From an uncultured Phycisphaerales bacterium (lineage in GTDB: Bacteria > Planctomycetota > Phycisphaerae > Tepidisphaerales > Tepidisphaeraceae), in the NCBI GenBank assembly GCA_963755915.1, contig CAVWLP010000002.1, positions 4,288,001 to 4,352,000 of the forward strand: a stretch of 64,000 nucleotides of DNA. The letters run 5' to 3'. The stretch's first letter is position 1. The number at the start of each line of letters is the position of its first letter. The notes below the pieces were generated by a model. It was given only the letters and a program-made list of their open reading frames with translations. It did not search any database and was not told the origin of the DNA. The position numbers and the translations under genes were made by a program. Below, in pieces: positions 21,364-34,574 of this stretch.

Positions 21364-24300
21364 ATGCGCGAGGCAGGCGGAGGAATAGCTGATCTCACCA
21401 CGCGCCGCAGCGCAATCATCCAGGCCGCCGGCGCGGCCCTCCTCAGTCTCTACGGCCTCAATTGGCCCGCCTTCGCGGTAGACGCGGTTGATTTCAGCGC
21501 TTCGACCCCGGGCACGACCAAATCCATCAACCAATGGGGCGTTGAGGTCGTCGACGGCAATTCCCTTGGTCTCGCCCAGAGCATCGCCACGATGGGATCG
21601 AACCTCACCATCGCGGCGACTTACTTCGACCTCGACAACGCGCTGAATTCCAACGGTACCCTCTCCAGCCCGCAGCAGCAGGACATCAACAATCAGATCA
21701 ATGAGATCCTCGCCGGCGACACCACCGGCCAAAAGTTGATCATCTCGATGGGCCCCAGCGTCAGCGGCAACAATTCCGAATACACGACCAACAACAGCGC
21801 CAACGTCGTCGAGTGGGCCCAGGCGATGATCGCGTCGAAGGAATATTGGGTCTCCCACGGATACACCGTGGGCTGGGCCGGGCCGTACACGGAGCCGGAC
21901 TATTGGGGAGACGAGGGATCGGCCGAGCAGGGCGCGCAGATCATGGAGGCCCTTCAAGCCAACCCCGCGTGGGGCACCGGCACGGAACTGCTGGGCGCCT
22001 CGACGCTGGACGCCGACAACGCGGAATCGTGGTATCAGCCGCTTGAAGGGATCGCCAACGCGGGATCGACGCACATGCTGGGCGGTTCCCTTACCTCGTA
22101 CATCAACTTCATTCAAGACGTCCAATCCAGTGGCGGGCAATTTGCCGCGCCGGAAATGCACAGCCTCGGCGAAGCGATCGTCAGCGCAAACTACGGCGCG
22201 ATTCAGGGCGTGTGGTGGGGTCCGGCGCTGCTGGCGCGGCGCGTTCGTGCAGGCGTCGAACGGCAAACAGATTGGGTATACGCAGGATCTCACTGACCAG
22301 ACCGCCGCCGCCGTCTATCGCGCCGAGCGGACAGACCTACGCGTTTGCCGGGGGGCTGGAGAGGTTTGGATCTCCGACGTCTTACGAATTCACCAGCGAT
22401 CGTAACGCGTATTTTAACGGAATCGGGCCGCTGAAGACCTACACGCTTCAGGCGAATTACGATAACAACCCCGCCAACACGCCCGGCAGCAGTAACGATT
22501 TCTCAAACTTCGGCGCCTACTTCGACCAGGGCGCTTATGCCCCCATCGATTACGGCGCCGCCAGTGTCCCCGCGCTCGACGGCTACCGCTGGACCATCCA
22601 GAACGTCCAGACGGGCCAGGTGCTGACCGTCGCCGGCAACAGCACCAGCGACGGCGCGGCTATCGATTCAACCCTAAACACCGGCTCGCTCAGCCAGCTC
22701 TGGAACATCACCCGCACCCAGGACGGGTACATCGAGCTTTTCAACGCCAACAGCGACCTTACCGTCGGAGTGACCAATGCCTCGACCAGCGCCGGCGCTA
22801 CCGCCGTCCAGTATGGAACCGCCGGCACGCAGGACGAGCAGTGGTATTTGAATCCCGCCGGCAACGGCAACTTTTACATTCAGGACGGAAACAGCAATCT
22901 CTATCTCACCTCCAGTTCCTCCAACTGCACCCAGCAGAATCTCAGCAACGTGACCCCCGGCTTGCAGGAATGGAAATTCGTCCTGGCCAATCCCACCTCG
23001 CCCGCGATTGCCAACTATAAATTCGCGGGGAACGGCAACGACAGCACGGGAACTTACAACGCCACCGTCAGCGGCACCGCCACCTACGGCACCGGGCCGA
23101 CGGCGGGGAGCCAGGCGCTGAACTTTGACGGCTCGACGACCTACGTCACCCTCCCCAGCAGCCTGACCCCCACCGCATCCAGCAGTACTGGCCTCACCTC
23201 CGCGGTCACCATCGACACCTGGGTTAAGTGGAACGGCGGCAGTCAATGGCAGCGAATTTTCGACTTCGGAACCGGCACCAACGACTACATGTTCCTGACG
23301 CCCGACTCCTCCGCCGGCACCATGCGCTTTGCTATCACCACCGGCGGGAACGGGCAGGAAGAAGACTTTGACACCACCGAGCTGGCCACCGGCACATGGG
23401 TGAACCTGGCCGTCACGCTCGGCGGACATTCGGTCATCATGTATGTCAACGGCCGGCCGGCCACTGCCGGGCAGATTCTCTTCAATCCATCGAGTGTCTT
23501 CTCCGGGGCGTCTACGATTAATGATTACATCGGCAAGAGCCAGTTCTCCGGCGACCCACTCTTCTCCGGAAGCATGAGCGGCTTCCAAATCTGGAACTAC
23601 GCCCTCACCCAATCCCAGGTCGACGACCTGATCGACAACAACCTCACCTGGGTCGGCGGCCAGAACGGCAATTCCTGGGATGCGAGCACAACGTCAAATT
23701 TCAAGCTGATGAACACCGGTGCCTCCTCTGTCTTCACCCAGAACGACCGCGTCACCTTCGACGGCACCGGCACCTCCACCGTCTCCATCACCGGTACCGT
23801 CTCCCCCTTCTCCATCAACGTCACCGCCAGCTCCAACATCAGCTTCACTGGGGCCGGCTCTATCACCGGCTCGCAAACGCCGCTCACCATGTCCGGCACT
23901 GGCACACTCACCATCGCCAACACCGGCGGCAATTCTTATACGGGCGACACCTCCATCAACTCCGGCGTGATCTCCATCAGCGCTGACAACGACCTCGGCA
24001 CTGATGCCGCCAATCTCGACCTTGATGGGGGCACGCTCCAAACCACCAGCACGAGTGCCATGTCGTTCGGCCATTCGATCCTCATCGCTGTTGGCGGCGG
24101 GGCTCTGAACATCATCGGCAACGGCTCCGCCAACACCACCGATGCCGACCGCATCATATTGAATTCCTCCAACCTCCTCGTCGGCTCGGGCTCGCTTACC
24201 ATCACCGGCGACGGAACATTGGCCGGCGCAGCCCAACACCACCAGTTCTGGCGCGGGCGCACTGGTGCTCAATGCCTCCAATACTTTCGCCGGCAACATC

Positions 24301-26124
24301 ACCCTCCAGAACGGCGGGCTCCTTGAATATGCCGCCGCCAGCGCCCTCGATCCCAGCGCGACCATCACCCTCGGCAACGAAGGCGAACTTGCCGCCAGCG
24401 ACGGCAGCAACGTCCCCAATGCCATCACCGTCAGCGGCGGAACCGACAGCTACCTTAGCTTCACCAACATCGCCGGCACGTTTTCCGGGCCGATTACGCT
24501 CAATGCCAATCTCACTGTCGGACTTCGCAACTGGTACAACTACGCAGGCGTCGTAAACGGCACGATCTCCGGCCTCATCTCTGGCACAGCCGGCCTGAGC
24601 ATCAATTCCGGAACGGGCACCGGCGGAATCCTCACCCTTTCCGGCACGAGCACCTTCACCGGCGGGACCACCGTCAACTCCGCAACCGTCTCCATCAGCG
24701 CCGACGACAACCTCGGCGCCGATTCCTCAACTCTCACACTAAACGGCGCCACCCTCCAAACTACCAGCACCAACTCGATGTCCTTCGGCCACACCATCGA
24801 CGTCGCCACGGGCGGCGGCACGATCAGCATCGTCGGCAATGGCCAGAGCAACACCGGACAAGTCGACAAAATCACCCTCACTTCCACCAACGCCCTTACC
24901 GGCAGCGGTCCCCTCACCATCACCGGCGGCGGAACTCTCGACGGCGCTTCCCCCAACACCAGCACGTCCGGCGCCGGCGCGCTCATCGTCGACGACGCTG
25001 GCACCTACACCGGCAACATCACCCTCCAAAACGGCGGCCTGCTCGATTTCGCCGCCGCGGGTGCTCTCCCCGCTGGCGCAACCGTAACCCTTGGCAACGA
25101 AGCCGAGTTCTCCACCGCCAACGGCGTCACCGCCTCCAACAGCATCGTCGTCAACGGCGGCACCAACAGCATCATCAGCTTCAGCAACCTCGGCGGCGCC
25201 GCCGACGCCGGCCCCATTACCCTCAACACCAATGCCACCATCGCCCTCCGCGATTGGTTCAATTACGCCGACAATCGCAACGGCGCTATCTCCGGCGCCA
25301 TCTCCGGTCCCGGCGGCCTCACCATCAACTCCGGCACCGGCTCGGGCGGAACCCTGACCCTCACCGGCCCCAACTCCTACGCGGGCGGGACCACGGTTGT
25401 CTCCGGCGCAAAGCTTCTCCTCGGTGCTGCCGGCGCTTTCCCCTTTAACACCCCCCTCACCCTCAGCGGCGGAAACGCGGTTCTGGCCCAAAACGTAGGC
25501 ACCGTCACCTTCAGCTCCCTTTCAATCACCGGCAATTCTCTCCTCGACATCAGCAACAACCAGATCATCATCACCTACGGCAGCAGCGACCCCATCGCCA
25601 CCATCCGCGGATATATCGTCTCCGCCTTCGACACCGGCTACTGGACCGGCCCCGGCCTCGGCTCATCCCTCCTCATCTCCGGCGGCAACTACGGACTCGG
25701 CTACGCCGACGGCGCCGATGGCATCGTCTCCGGCCTCTCCTCCGGCCAGATCGAGGTGAAATACACGCTTCTGGGTGATGCCAATCTCGACGGCGTCGTC
25801 AACGGCTCCGACTTCTCCATCCTTGCCGCCAATTTCGGTCTCGGCGTCACCAACTGGGACCAGGGCAATTTCTTCTTCACCCCCTCGGTCAACGGTTCGG
25901 ATTTCAGCGCGCTGGCGCAGAATTTCGGCCAGGGTGATTCCGGCGCGGATGCCACAGTTTCAGCCGTCGACATCGCCGCGCTCGATGCGTTCGCAGTCGC
26001 CAACGGTCTGCCGTTGCCTGCCATATCCTCGGTACCGGAACCGGCATTCGGCGCGATCGTGCTCATCAACGTCTGTCTCGCCCTCCCGCGGCGACGGCGC
26101 GGTTTCAAAGCGCGCGCGAGTTAA
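21364..26124 (+). CDS. Large multidomain PEP-CTERM protein: putative GH-like domain + ricin-B lectin + LamG + autotransporter-type beta repeats + dockerin-like module (frameshifts near 22240, 22320, 24232)
   Basis: ORFs 21364-22296, 22212-24326 and 24265-26124 join into one. QxW ricin repeats (QLW, EQW, QEW); LamG 'WQRIFDFG..YMFLTP'; 'LTLTGPNSYAGGTTV'; terminal VPEP-TM-RRRR. Confidence 0.8.
23972..25400 (+). repeat. Intragenic tandem duplication, ~720-bp (240-aa) unit
   Basis: CTCCATCAGCGC at 23972 and 24690; GGCAACATCACCCTCCA at 24292 and 25012; protein repeat SISAD..LG..TLQTTST..MSFGH...GNITLQNGGLL. Confidence 0.88.
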
Positions 26125-26328
26125 CTGGTTTTACGTACTCGTGATTTTGCTCGGCGCGCCCTCGGATTTGTCTTGACATCCGGGAACCGGCGGGGCGTAA
26201 TGGCGCGGCAACCGAATCTTGCTCAGTTGTTAAAAAAGGGGGCGGGTCGGGCCCGCCCGGGGAAGGCCGGGAAGGTGCTCTTTTTTTCGGCGAGTTTGTA
26301 TTCACGCCGCTGCGGAAAGGAGAAAAAA

Positions 26329-29300
26329 ATGCGATCGCGTCACCGTTCGTCCGTGGCGTTTTTTTCGGCGATCAGCTTCGCCTCGGCCATCGTCTGTGCC
26401 ACCATCCCTGCTTTGGCGCAGAATAATCTTTCTGGAACGGGCACGGCTGGGGCGAATGGGGCCAATGGGCAGGTGATCGATCAGGACGGCTTGATCGGCG
26501 TCACCAATGGGCAGGACGGGGGCACAGGCGGCAATGAAAGTATCACGGCCGAGTCCACCGATTCTGAAAACTCCGCCACCGCCACCGGGGGCGCTGGGGG
26601 CACTGGCGGAAATGGAACCGAGCTCGGCGCCATGGCCAGCACCGCGGGCAACGGCGGCGATGGGGGAAGCGCCTTTGCCGATGCCCAGCCGAATGACGTT
26701 CAGTCGAGCGGATGCACCTCCACGGCGATCGCGACGGGCGGCGCCGGCGGAACGGGCGGGGTCGGCGGTCACACCGATTTTGAAACCGGCGCCGGCGGCG
26801 ACGGTGGAAATGGGGCGTCTGCTTCGGCGGACGCGTATTCCTTTGCAAGCAGTGGACAGTCAACTGCTGAGGCGACCGCGACTGGGGGCGCCGGCGGCAA
26901 TGGCCAGGGCGCTGACGGGGCGGGGGCGCGGGCGGTTCCGGCGATATTGGCAGCGTCTTTGCCGATGAATCCGGATCTACGCCGGGCATTAACACGGTTG
27001 TCAGCGGCACGGCGATCGGCGGCGCCGGCGGCAGCGGCAGCGAAGGGGGCGCGGGTGGAAACGGCGTTTCGGAAATGCTCAGTAACGTCGTCAGCTTCAC
27101 CACGTCGCAGGCGGTTGAGCTAACACAAACCGCGCAGGGGGGAGCCGGCGGCGGCAGCAACGGGGGAACTGCTGGGACCGCCGGGTCGGCCACCTCAAAT
27201 TATTCCTATTCGGCTTCCCCCGGAATTGGCGGTTTGACGGTTACTTCCGCGGCGATCGCCGGGTCGGGCGGTACGTGCGAAAACACCACCGGCGCGACGG
27301 CCGGTGATGCCAACGCCACCGTCGATATTTCCTCGAATTGCGGTATCAGCGCCCAGGCGGAAACCAACGACGTCAGCATTGCAAACCTTCCCCACGGCGG
27401 CAACATCGACTCGGGAACCGGTAGCGGCGGCGACGGCGGTTTCTCCAGCGGGTCCTGCGATGTCGCCAGCACGGGATCCAGCGGCAACGGAGGGGCGAAC
27501 GCCGCCGCCTACGTGAACGCGTCAAACGGGGGTTCTGTCCTCAGCGGCGCTACGGGTAGCGGGGGTTATGGGGGCAGTAGTACGGCCGCGGTTTCGGTTA
27601 CGAATTCTTCGGCCGACAGCATTTATGCGGCGGCCGATCCATCCGGAGGCACCGGCGGGCAGGGGGAAGGCTCCGGGAATTCCGGCGGCAATGGGGGCGG
27701 CGCTGCGATCGCGGTCGGGGGTGTTTCGGCTTCTTCCAGCGGCGGCGGAGATATTCTGGTCATCGCAAATGTACAGGGGGGCAACGGCGGGTTTGGGGAT
27801 ACCGGCGCTGCCGGAGGAGAAGGGGCTTCCGTCCTGGTCACGAACGCGATCACGGGCACGACTTCGGGATCTTTGAACGTCACGCAATCGGCCTACGGTG
27901 GAGATGGGGGGAGCAGCAACGGCGGTCTGCCGGGCGGCGGGGGTTTTGCGACTTCAAGCCTGACACTCAGTCAGAACGGGCTTTCGTCTCTGACCATCCA
28001 AAGCCTTGCGGAGGGTGGGGCCGGCGGATCGATCGAGAATGCCGACGACAATGCCGGTCAGGGCGAAGCCGCTGTTTCCTTCGCGAGCGGCACGACGAAT
28101 AACGACGTGGACGTCATCGCGCGAGCGAATAATCTGACGAACGGCGGCGGCCACCTGGACAACATCCTGGGCGTCTATACCGGCGACGGCGGGAGCATCC
28201 AGAGCGGAACGACCGCCAATGGCGGCAACGGCGCGACCGCGACCGCAACCGCGGTGGCGGATTCAACCGGGACTGCTTCGGGCAGCAGCGCGGCCACGGC
28301 GCAAAGCATTTCTTACGGCGGCGATGGGGGATCGGTTGGCGGGGGAGCAAGCGGCGACGGCGGAAATGCGGCCTCGGCGACTTCAACCTCAACCGCGAGC
28401 AGCTCGGGGCAGGATGCGGTAAGCGCAAGCGCCAATGCCGTGGGGGGCAACGGCGGGTCGGCGCGGGGGCGGGAAATTTCTCCGGCACGGGAGGCAATGC
28501 TTCCGCTTCGGCGACGGTGAATTCATCGTCAACCACTTCCGTTTCCACCGCCACTGCCGACGCGACCGGCGGCCCTTCTTCCGCGCCCACGTCGTCGGCG
28601 ACTGTCGGGGTTGGAGGCTCGGCCAGCGCCTCGGCAACGGCCAATGGCGTGACCGTTCTCCAAAACGTAAACCCCGGCCCGGACGGCGCAGGTGGCGTCG
28701 CGATTGCGACCACAACGTGGAGTGCCGCGGGCGGGGCGACCGTCAGCGTCGGCGTCGATAATGTGAACGGGGGAGCTGTCACCGTCACCGGGCCCTCCGC
28801 CCTCATCGATGGCATCACCGGCCCGGGAACGCTTACGGTGGGAAACGGCTCGAGTCCAACACTGCTCAAGTTGTTTCCCTCCAGTGGCGGCAGTTCGGAA
28901 TCGTCACTCACAATCCAAACCAATTCCACGCTCGACATCGCGAACAACCATTTTTATATCAACTACGGCACAAGCTCCGACCCGGTTTCCACAATCGTCG
29001 GATACCTCAGGAGCGGATTTAACAATGGCAACTGGAATGGAACGGGAATCATCTCCTCGAGCGCCCAGACGCCGACGAATGGATTCAAATACGGAGTGGG
29101 ATGGGCGGATGGGGCGGACCGGACGGGGAATGTCGCGAATTTATCGTCGGGACAAATTGAATTAAAATATACGCTGCTTGGCGATGCCAACCTTGACGGA
29201 TCGGTGAACGGCTCGGATTTCTCCATTCTCGCGGCGAATTTCGGGCTGGGGGTGACGAACTGGGACCAGGGGAACTTTCTCTATGGCTCGTCCGTGAACG

Positions 29301-29512
29301 GCTCTGATTTTTCGGCCCTCGCGGCCAATTTTGGGCAGGGGGACAACGGGGCTGACACAGCCGTCTCCCCCGCCGATATCGCCGCCCTCGACTCATTCGC
29401 GAATGCCAACGGCCTTCCCTTGCCCACATTTGCCTCTGTCCCCGAACCCGCATCGGCTGGATTGCTCCTCGCCGGAATTACCGTCACGACCCGCCGCCGC
29501 CGCCGAAATTGA
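26329..29512 (+). CDS. Gly/Ala/Ser-rich repetitive PEP-CTERM protein with dockerin-like module (frameshifts near 26925 and 28465)
   Basis: AAGGAG RBS before ATG 26329; signal peptide; many GGxGGxGG / A.ATGG repeats; C-terminal TLLGDANLDG..VPEP-TM-RRRRR. Confidence 0.8.
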
Positions 29513-29584
29513 ATCGTGACTTTCCCCATTGCAGCTTCGAATTACGCGAACTTTATCGGCCGACCCCGCCAAACCCCCACTTTC

Positions 29585-29611
29585 TGTCACACACCCTCAA
29601 ACACGCCCGAC
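29585..29611 (+). promoter_or_regulatory. Putative autoregulatory ECF promoter TGTCACA-N16-CGAC
   Basis: TGTCACA CACCCTCAAACACGCC CGAC lies directly upstream of the ECF gene at 29640 and resembles the TGTCACA-N16-CGTC class of ECF promoter. Confidence 0.55.
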
Positions 29612-29639
29612 TTACCTGTGATATCCTCACAGGAGCCCC

Positions 29640-31083
29640 ATGACCGCGACCCCGTCAATGACCGTATCCCATAACGACGCCGATCTCGTCGCCGCCAGCC
29701 GGCTTGGCGACCGCAGCGCCTTCGGGCAGATTGTCTCCCAATACCAGGCGATGATCGCCGGCCTCGCCTACGCGAACTGCGGCAACCTCCACCAGAGCGA
29801 AGACATCGCCCAGGAGACCTTCGTCTCCGCCTGGAAAAGCCTCTCCGGCCTGCGCGACCCCTCCAAACTCCCCGGCTGGCTTTGCCAGATCGCCCGCAGG
29901 CGGCTCTCCGACCTCCTCCGCAAAAGCTCCACCAGCGAAATCCCTTTCAGCCAGGCCTTCGAATCCAACGAGCCCCCCATCGCCGCCGAAACCCCGGCCT
30001 CTTCCGCTGAAGAGGCCGAGCTCCTCTGGCGCACGCTCTCCAAAATCTCCCAGCCCTATCGCGAAACGCTTGTGCTTTATTATCGCCAGGAGCGATCGGT
30101 CACCCAGGTTGCCGCCGCGATGGAGACCACCGAAGCCGCCGTGCGTCAGCGTCTCGTGCGCGGCCGCGAGATGCTTCGCGAAGAGCTCGCCGCCTCTATC
30201 GAGCGGCATCTAACTCGCACCGCGCCGCGCCAGCAGTTCACCCTCCAGGTCGTCGCCGCTCTTCCCGCAATTCCCATAGTGGCCGCCCAGACCGGCGGAA
30301 TCGCCGCCACCGCCAAAGGCGCCGCTCTGGCTAAAACCAGCGGCGTGACCGCAATTCTTCTCAGTTGGCTCGCCCCTCTCGGCTGCCTCTTCGGCCTGGT
30401 CTTCGGAACGGTTCAGGACGCGCAACGCCCGATCGCCTTGCCAGCGCGCTTTTGCCATCTTTCTTGGTGTCGCCCAATTCGCCGTCATCGCGCCCATGGT
30501 CGTCGCCTACCACTATCTCCCCGCCTTTGCCCGCCAAGGCGATTGGCCCTTCTCCTCCCTTTTCGATTGCTATGCCGTCGGCACCTGCGCCTTCGCCGCC
30601 GTCTTCTTCACGCTCATTGCCTGGGGAAGATGGCATATGGACAAACTCCTGCGCGAAGTTAACTCCACCGAGCCTCCCTTTCCCACGATGCCCATCTGGC
30701 AGCGCCTGATCTTCACCGCCCCCGTCGTCACCATATTTTTGGGATGGATGGTGGAACCGGCCATCAAAGCCCAGGACCACGTCGCCGTCTCAATCATCTC
30801 CGCCCTCATCGTGGCACAAAGCCTCTGGTACGCGTGGCGTCTGCCCCAGCTTCAACCCGACCGCACGATCCAGCAGACATTCGAAACCCTGTCTCTGGCC
30901 CTGATCTCAGTTGTCGTGATGCTCAACTGGCGTTTTGAATTGTGGCTGCCGCAAACCGAACAGAGCATCTCCCTCTGGCCCCTCAACATTTCTGCCGCCA
31001 TTCTCCTGATATGGATGGGAGTACCCGCCGCCTGGGATTTCTCTGCTCGCTCCAAACCCCGCTACACGCCTTCGCCGGTTTGA
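29640..31083 (+). CDS. ECF sigma factor with fused C-terminal multi-TM extension (frameshift near 30425)
   Basis: 'SEDIAQETFVSAWKSL..LRDP..LPGWLCQIAR' and 'YRETLVLYY..AVRQRLVRGREML', then about 7 hydrophobic helices continuing in ORF 30496-31083. Confidence 0.82.
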
Positions 31084-32467
31084 ACCGACAGCTTCGCCGC
31101 CTCCCACGCGGCGATGCCCCCCGCCAGTTCGCACACATCGCTCAGTCCGTGGCTTTGCAGCATGCTGGCCGCAATCGACGATCGGTATCCCCCCGCACAG
31201 TAAACCAGCACCGGCCGGTCCTTCGGCAGCCCCGGCACATTCTCCCCCAGATGATTCAGCGGAATCCCCACGCTCGCCGAGATATGCTTCTGCCCGCGCT
31301 CGCGCGGCGAGCGAACGTCAATCAGCAGCGGCGGCTGGGGCGACGCCAAAATCTCCCGCGCAAACAGCGCGCTCAGCCGCTGGGTCGTCACGGTCAACTC
31401 CGGATGCGCCACAGGCTCTCCAGGCCGTCCTTCAAATATCCGGCGACATGATCGAACCCGATCCGCCCCAATCGAAGCGCCGCCTCCTTCTCACGGCCCG
31501 GCTGCGCGATGATTACAATCGGATGCTTCCGGTCCAGCAGCGTCCCCGCCCACGTCGCATACTGCCCGCCCAGCCCGATGTTCACGCTCCCCGCCAGATG
31601 CGCCGCCGCAAATTCCGCAGGCTCGCGCGTGTCCAGAAGCTGCGCCCCCTGCCCTTTCAGCTCCATCACTTTCTCGAGCGAAAGCGGATTCATCTCCCGC
31701 GCCAGGGCCTCGTCCAGCGTTGGACGCTCCTGGCTGTTCAGCACCGCGTCATAATTAAAGTACGCCGGCGCTTCCGGCTGATCCGCCGTCACCACCTGCA
31801 CAAACGCCTCCCGGCTCATCGGCTGCAGTGCATAGTTCACCCGCCGCTGCTCACCCAGCGTCGATACCGTCTCCTTGCTCAGCGCCCTCCCGCACAGCGA
31901 GCCGGCCCCATGCGCCGGATAAACCAGCGTTTCATCGGGCAACACCATGAGCTTCCCATGCAGCGAATCAAAGAGCATCGCCCCCAGGTCAGCCGCCGAC
32001 CATCCCATCGCGCCGCGTAGGTCAGGCCGGCCAACGTCGCCGATAAAGAGCGTATCCCCGGTCAAAACCGCGTGCGGCTTGTTCGGCGAGGCACTCAGGT
32101 CGTAAATCAAAATCGAAATCGATTCCCGCGTATGCCCGGGCGTCTCCAGCGCCACCAGCCGCACGTTGCCCAGCTCAATCGCCGCCCCATCGGCAAGCGC
32201 CTTAAACGCATACCCCGCCTTCGCGGTTGCCCCCAGGCAAATCTCCGCGCCGGCGCGATCTCTCAGTTCCAGATGTCCCGCGACAAAATCGGCGTGCAGG
32301 TGCGTCAGCAGCACATACTTGATCGACAATCCGTTGGACTGCGCAAACTCAACGTATTGCCCGATATCCCGCTGCGGATCGACCACCGCCGCGATCCCGG
32401 ACTTTTCGTCCCCCACAACATAAGAGGCATGCGCAAGGCACGGCAGATAAAACTGCTTCAAGATCAA
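31062..32467 (-). CDS. MBL-fold persulfide dioxygenase-like hydrolase with two rhodanese domains (frameshift near 31410)
   Basis: THLHADFVAGH, TPGHT, TGDTLFIGDVGRPDL and YPAHGAGSLCG; final rhodanese active-site loop YCAGGYRS in ORF 31062-31412. Confidence 0.9.
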
Positions 32468-32498
32468 TGGCGCACCCAAATTCTCGCCGGCCCCAAGC

Positions 32499-33156
<658 letters not shown>

Positions 33157-33320
33157 GGCTCTCTCCTTTGGTTCACAACTCTTAATCGCCCTTACCTGAT
33201 GAATTCGAGCAGGGAAGTGTACCCCATCGTGCATAAGCTGCAAATCCGTCCTGGTAGGCTCACGGAACGGACGTCAGGGCGATTACCAACCGCGCGCGTC
33301 GCTCGAGCTATAATCGCCAC

Positions 33321-34382
33321 ATGAGCGTACTCTTCTCCCCCCTCAAACTCCGCGATCTAACCTTCAAAAACCGCATTTTCGTCTCCCCCATGTGCCAGTA
33401 TTCCTGCGAAGACGGCATGCCCACCGACTGGCACCTCGTCCATCTCGGCAGCCGCGCCGTCGGGGGCGCGGCGATGGTCTGCGTCGAAGCCACCGCCGTC
33501 TCGCCCCAGGGCCGCATTTCGCCCGCCGACAGCGGAATCTGGTCGGATGCTCACGTCGAAGCCTTCGCCCGCATCGCCCGATTCATCCGCGGGCAGGGCA
33601 GCATCCCCGCCATCCAGCTCGCCCACGCCGGCCGCAAAGCCAGCACCGCCATCCCCTGGCTCGGTGGCGGACCCCTCGAAGAATCCCGCGGCGGATGGCA
33701 AACGATCGCCCCCAGCCCTATCCCCTTTGCCCCCGGATACTCAACGCCCCGTGAAATGACTACACATGATATCTCCGAAGTCGTCGCCCAATTCACCGCC
33801 GCCGCACGCCGCGCACTGGCCGCCGGCTTCGAAGTTGTCGAAATCCACATGGCCCACGGCTATCTCCTGCACCAATTCCTCTCCCCGTTGAGCAATCACC
33901 GCCGCGACGAATTCGGAGGCTCTCTCGCCAACCGCACGCGCCTGCCCATCCGCATCGCCGGCGCCGTCCGCGAAATCTGGCCGGCCCACTTGCCTCTTTT
34001 CGTCCGTATCAGCTCCACCGACTGGAAAGAGGCCGGCTGGGATCTCCCCCAATCCATCGAACTTGCCAAATCCCTCGCCGCCGTCGGCGTAGACCTGATC
34101 GACTGCTCCAGCGGCGGACTCGCCTACGACGCCAAAGTCCCCGCGCGACCCGGCTATCAGGTCCCCTTCGCCGAGGCGATTCGCCGCGAAGCAAAAATCG
34201 CTACCGGCGCCGTCGGCCTCATCACCGACCCACGCCAGGCCGAAGAAATCGTCACAACCGGCAAAGCCGACGCAGTCCTCCTCGCGCGGCAATTGCTCCG
34301 CGATCCCTACTGGCCGCTGCGCACCGCCAAAGAGCTGGGCGTCGAGATCGACTGGCCGAATCAATACGTCCGCGCGAAGTAG
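33321..34382 (+). CDS. NADH:flavin oxidoreductase / Old Yellow Enzyme (YqjM/NamA-like)
   Basis: NRIFVSPMCQYS, IQLAHAGRKAS, EIHMAHGYLLHQFLSP and LRDPYWP..QYVRA motifs. Confidence 0.93.
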   Translation: MSVLFSPLKLRDLTFKNRIFVSPMCQYSCEDGMPTDWHLVHLGSRAVGGAAMVCVEATAVSPQGRISPADSGIWSDAHVEAFARIARFIRGQGSIPAIQLAHAGRKASTAIPWLGGGPLEESRGGWQTIAPSPIPFAPGYSTPREMTTHDISEVVAQFTAAARRALAAGFEVVEIHMAHGYLLHQFLSPLSNHRRDEFGGSLANRTRLPIRIAGAVREIWPAHLPLFVRISSTDWKEAGWDLPQSIELAKSLAAVGVDLIDCSSGGLAYDAKVPARPGYQVPFAEAIRREAKIATGAVGLITDPRQAEEIVTTGKADAVLLARQLLRDPYWPLRTAKELGVEIDWPNQYVRAK

Positions 34383-34443
34383 CCAGCATAAAAACGCAAA
34401 AGCTCGTGCGCATCTCCGCTGATTTCTCTCGGCATCCTCCGCT

Positions 34444-34471
34444 TGCCGCAAAGCATTAAACTATTTACGCG
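34444..34471 (+). promoter_or_regulatory. Putative XylR/AraC-type operator
   Basis: TGCCGCA AAGCATTAAACT ATTTACGCG; half-sites 21 bp apart; TATGTT -10-like hexamer at 34504. Confidence 0.72.
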
Positions 34472-34574
34472 ATTTATGATGGCATCCGCGCCTGTTCAAT
34501 CACTATGTTGTGGTCATCGTTTTTGATGGACCTGGAGGAAATTCCGGCACGCCTTGCTGGAGAGGAGCGGTTTC

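Noticed and set aside
26329-28500. Mycobacterial PE-PGRS gene
   Set aside because: There is no PE domain, and it has a Sec-type signal and a PEP-CTERM tail, so the similarity is compositional only.
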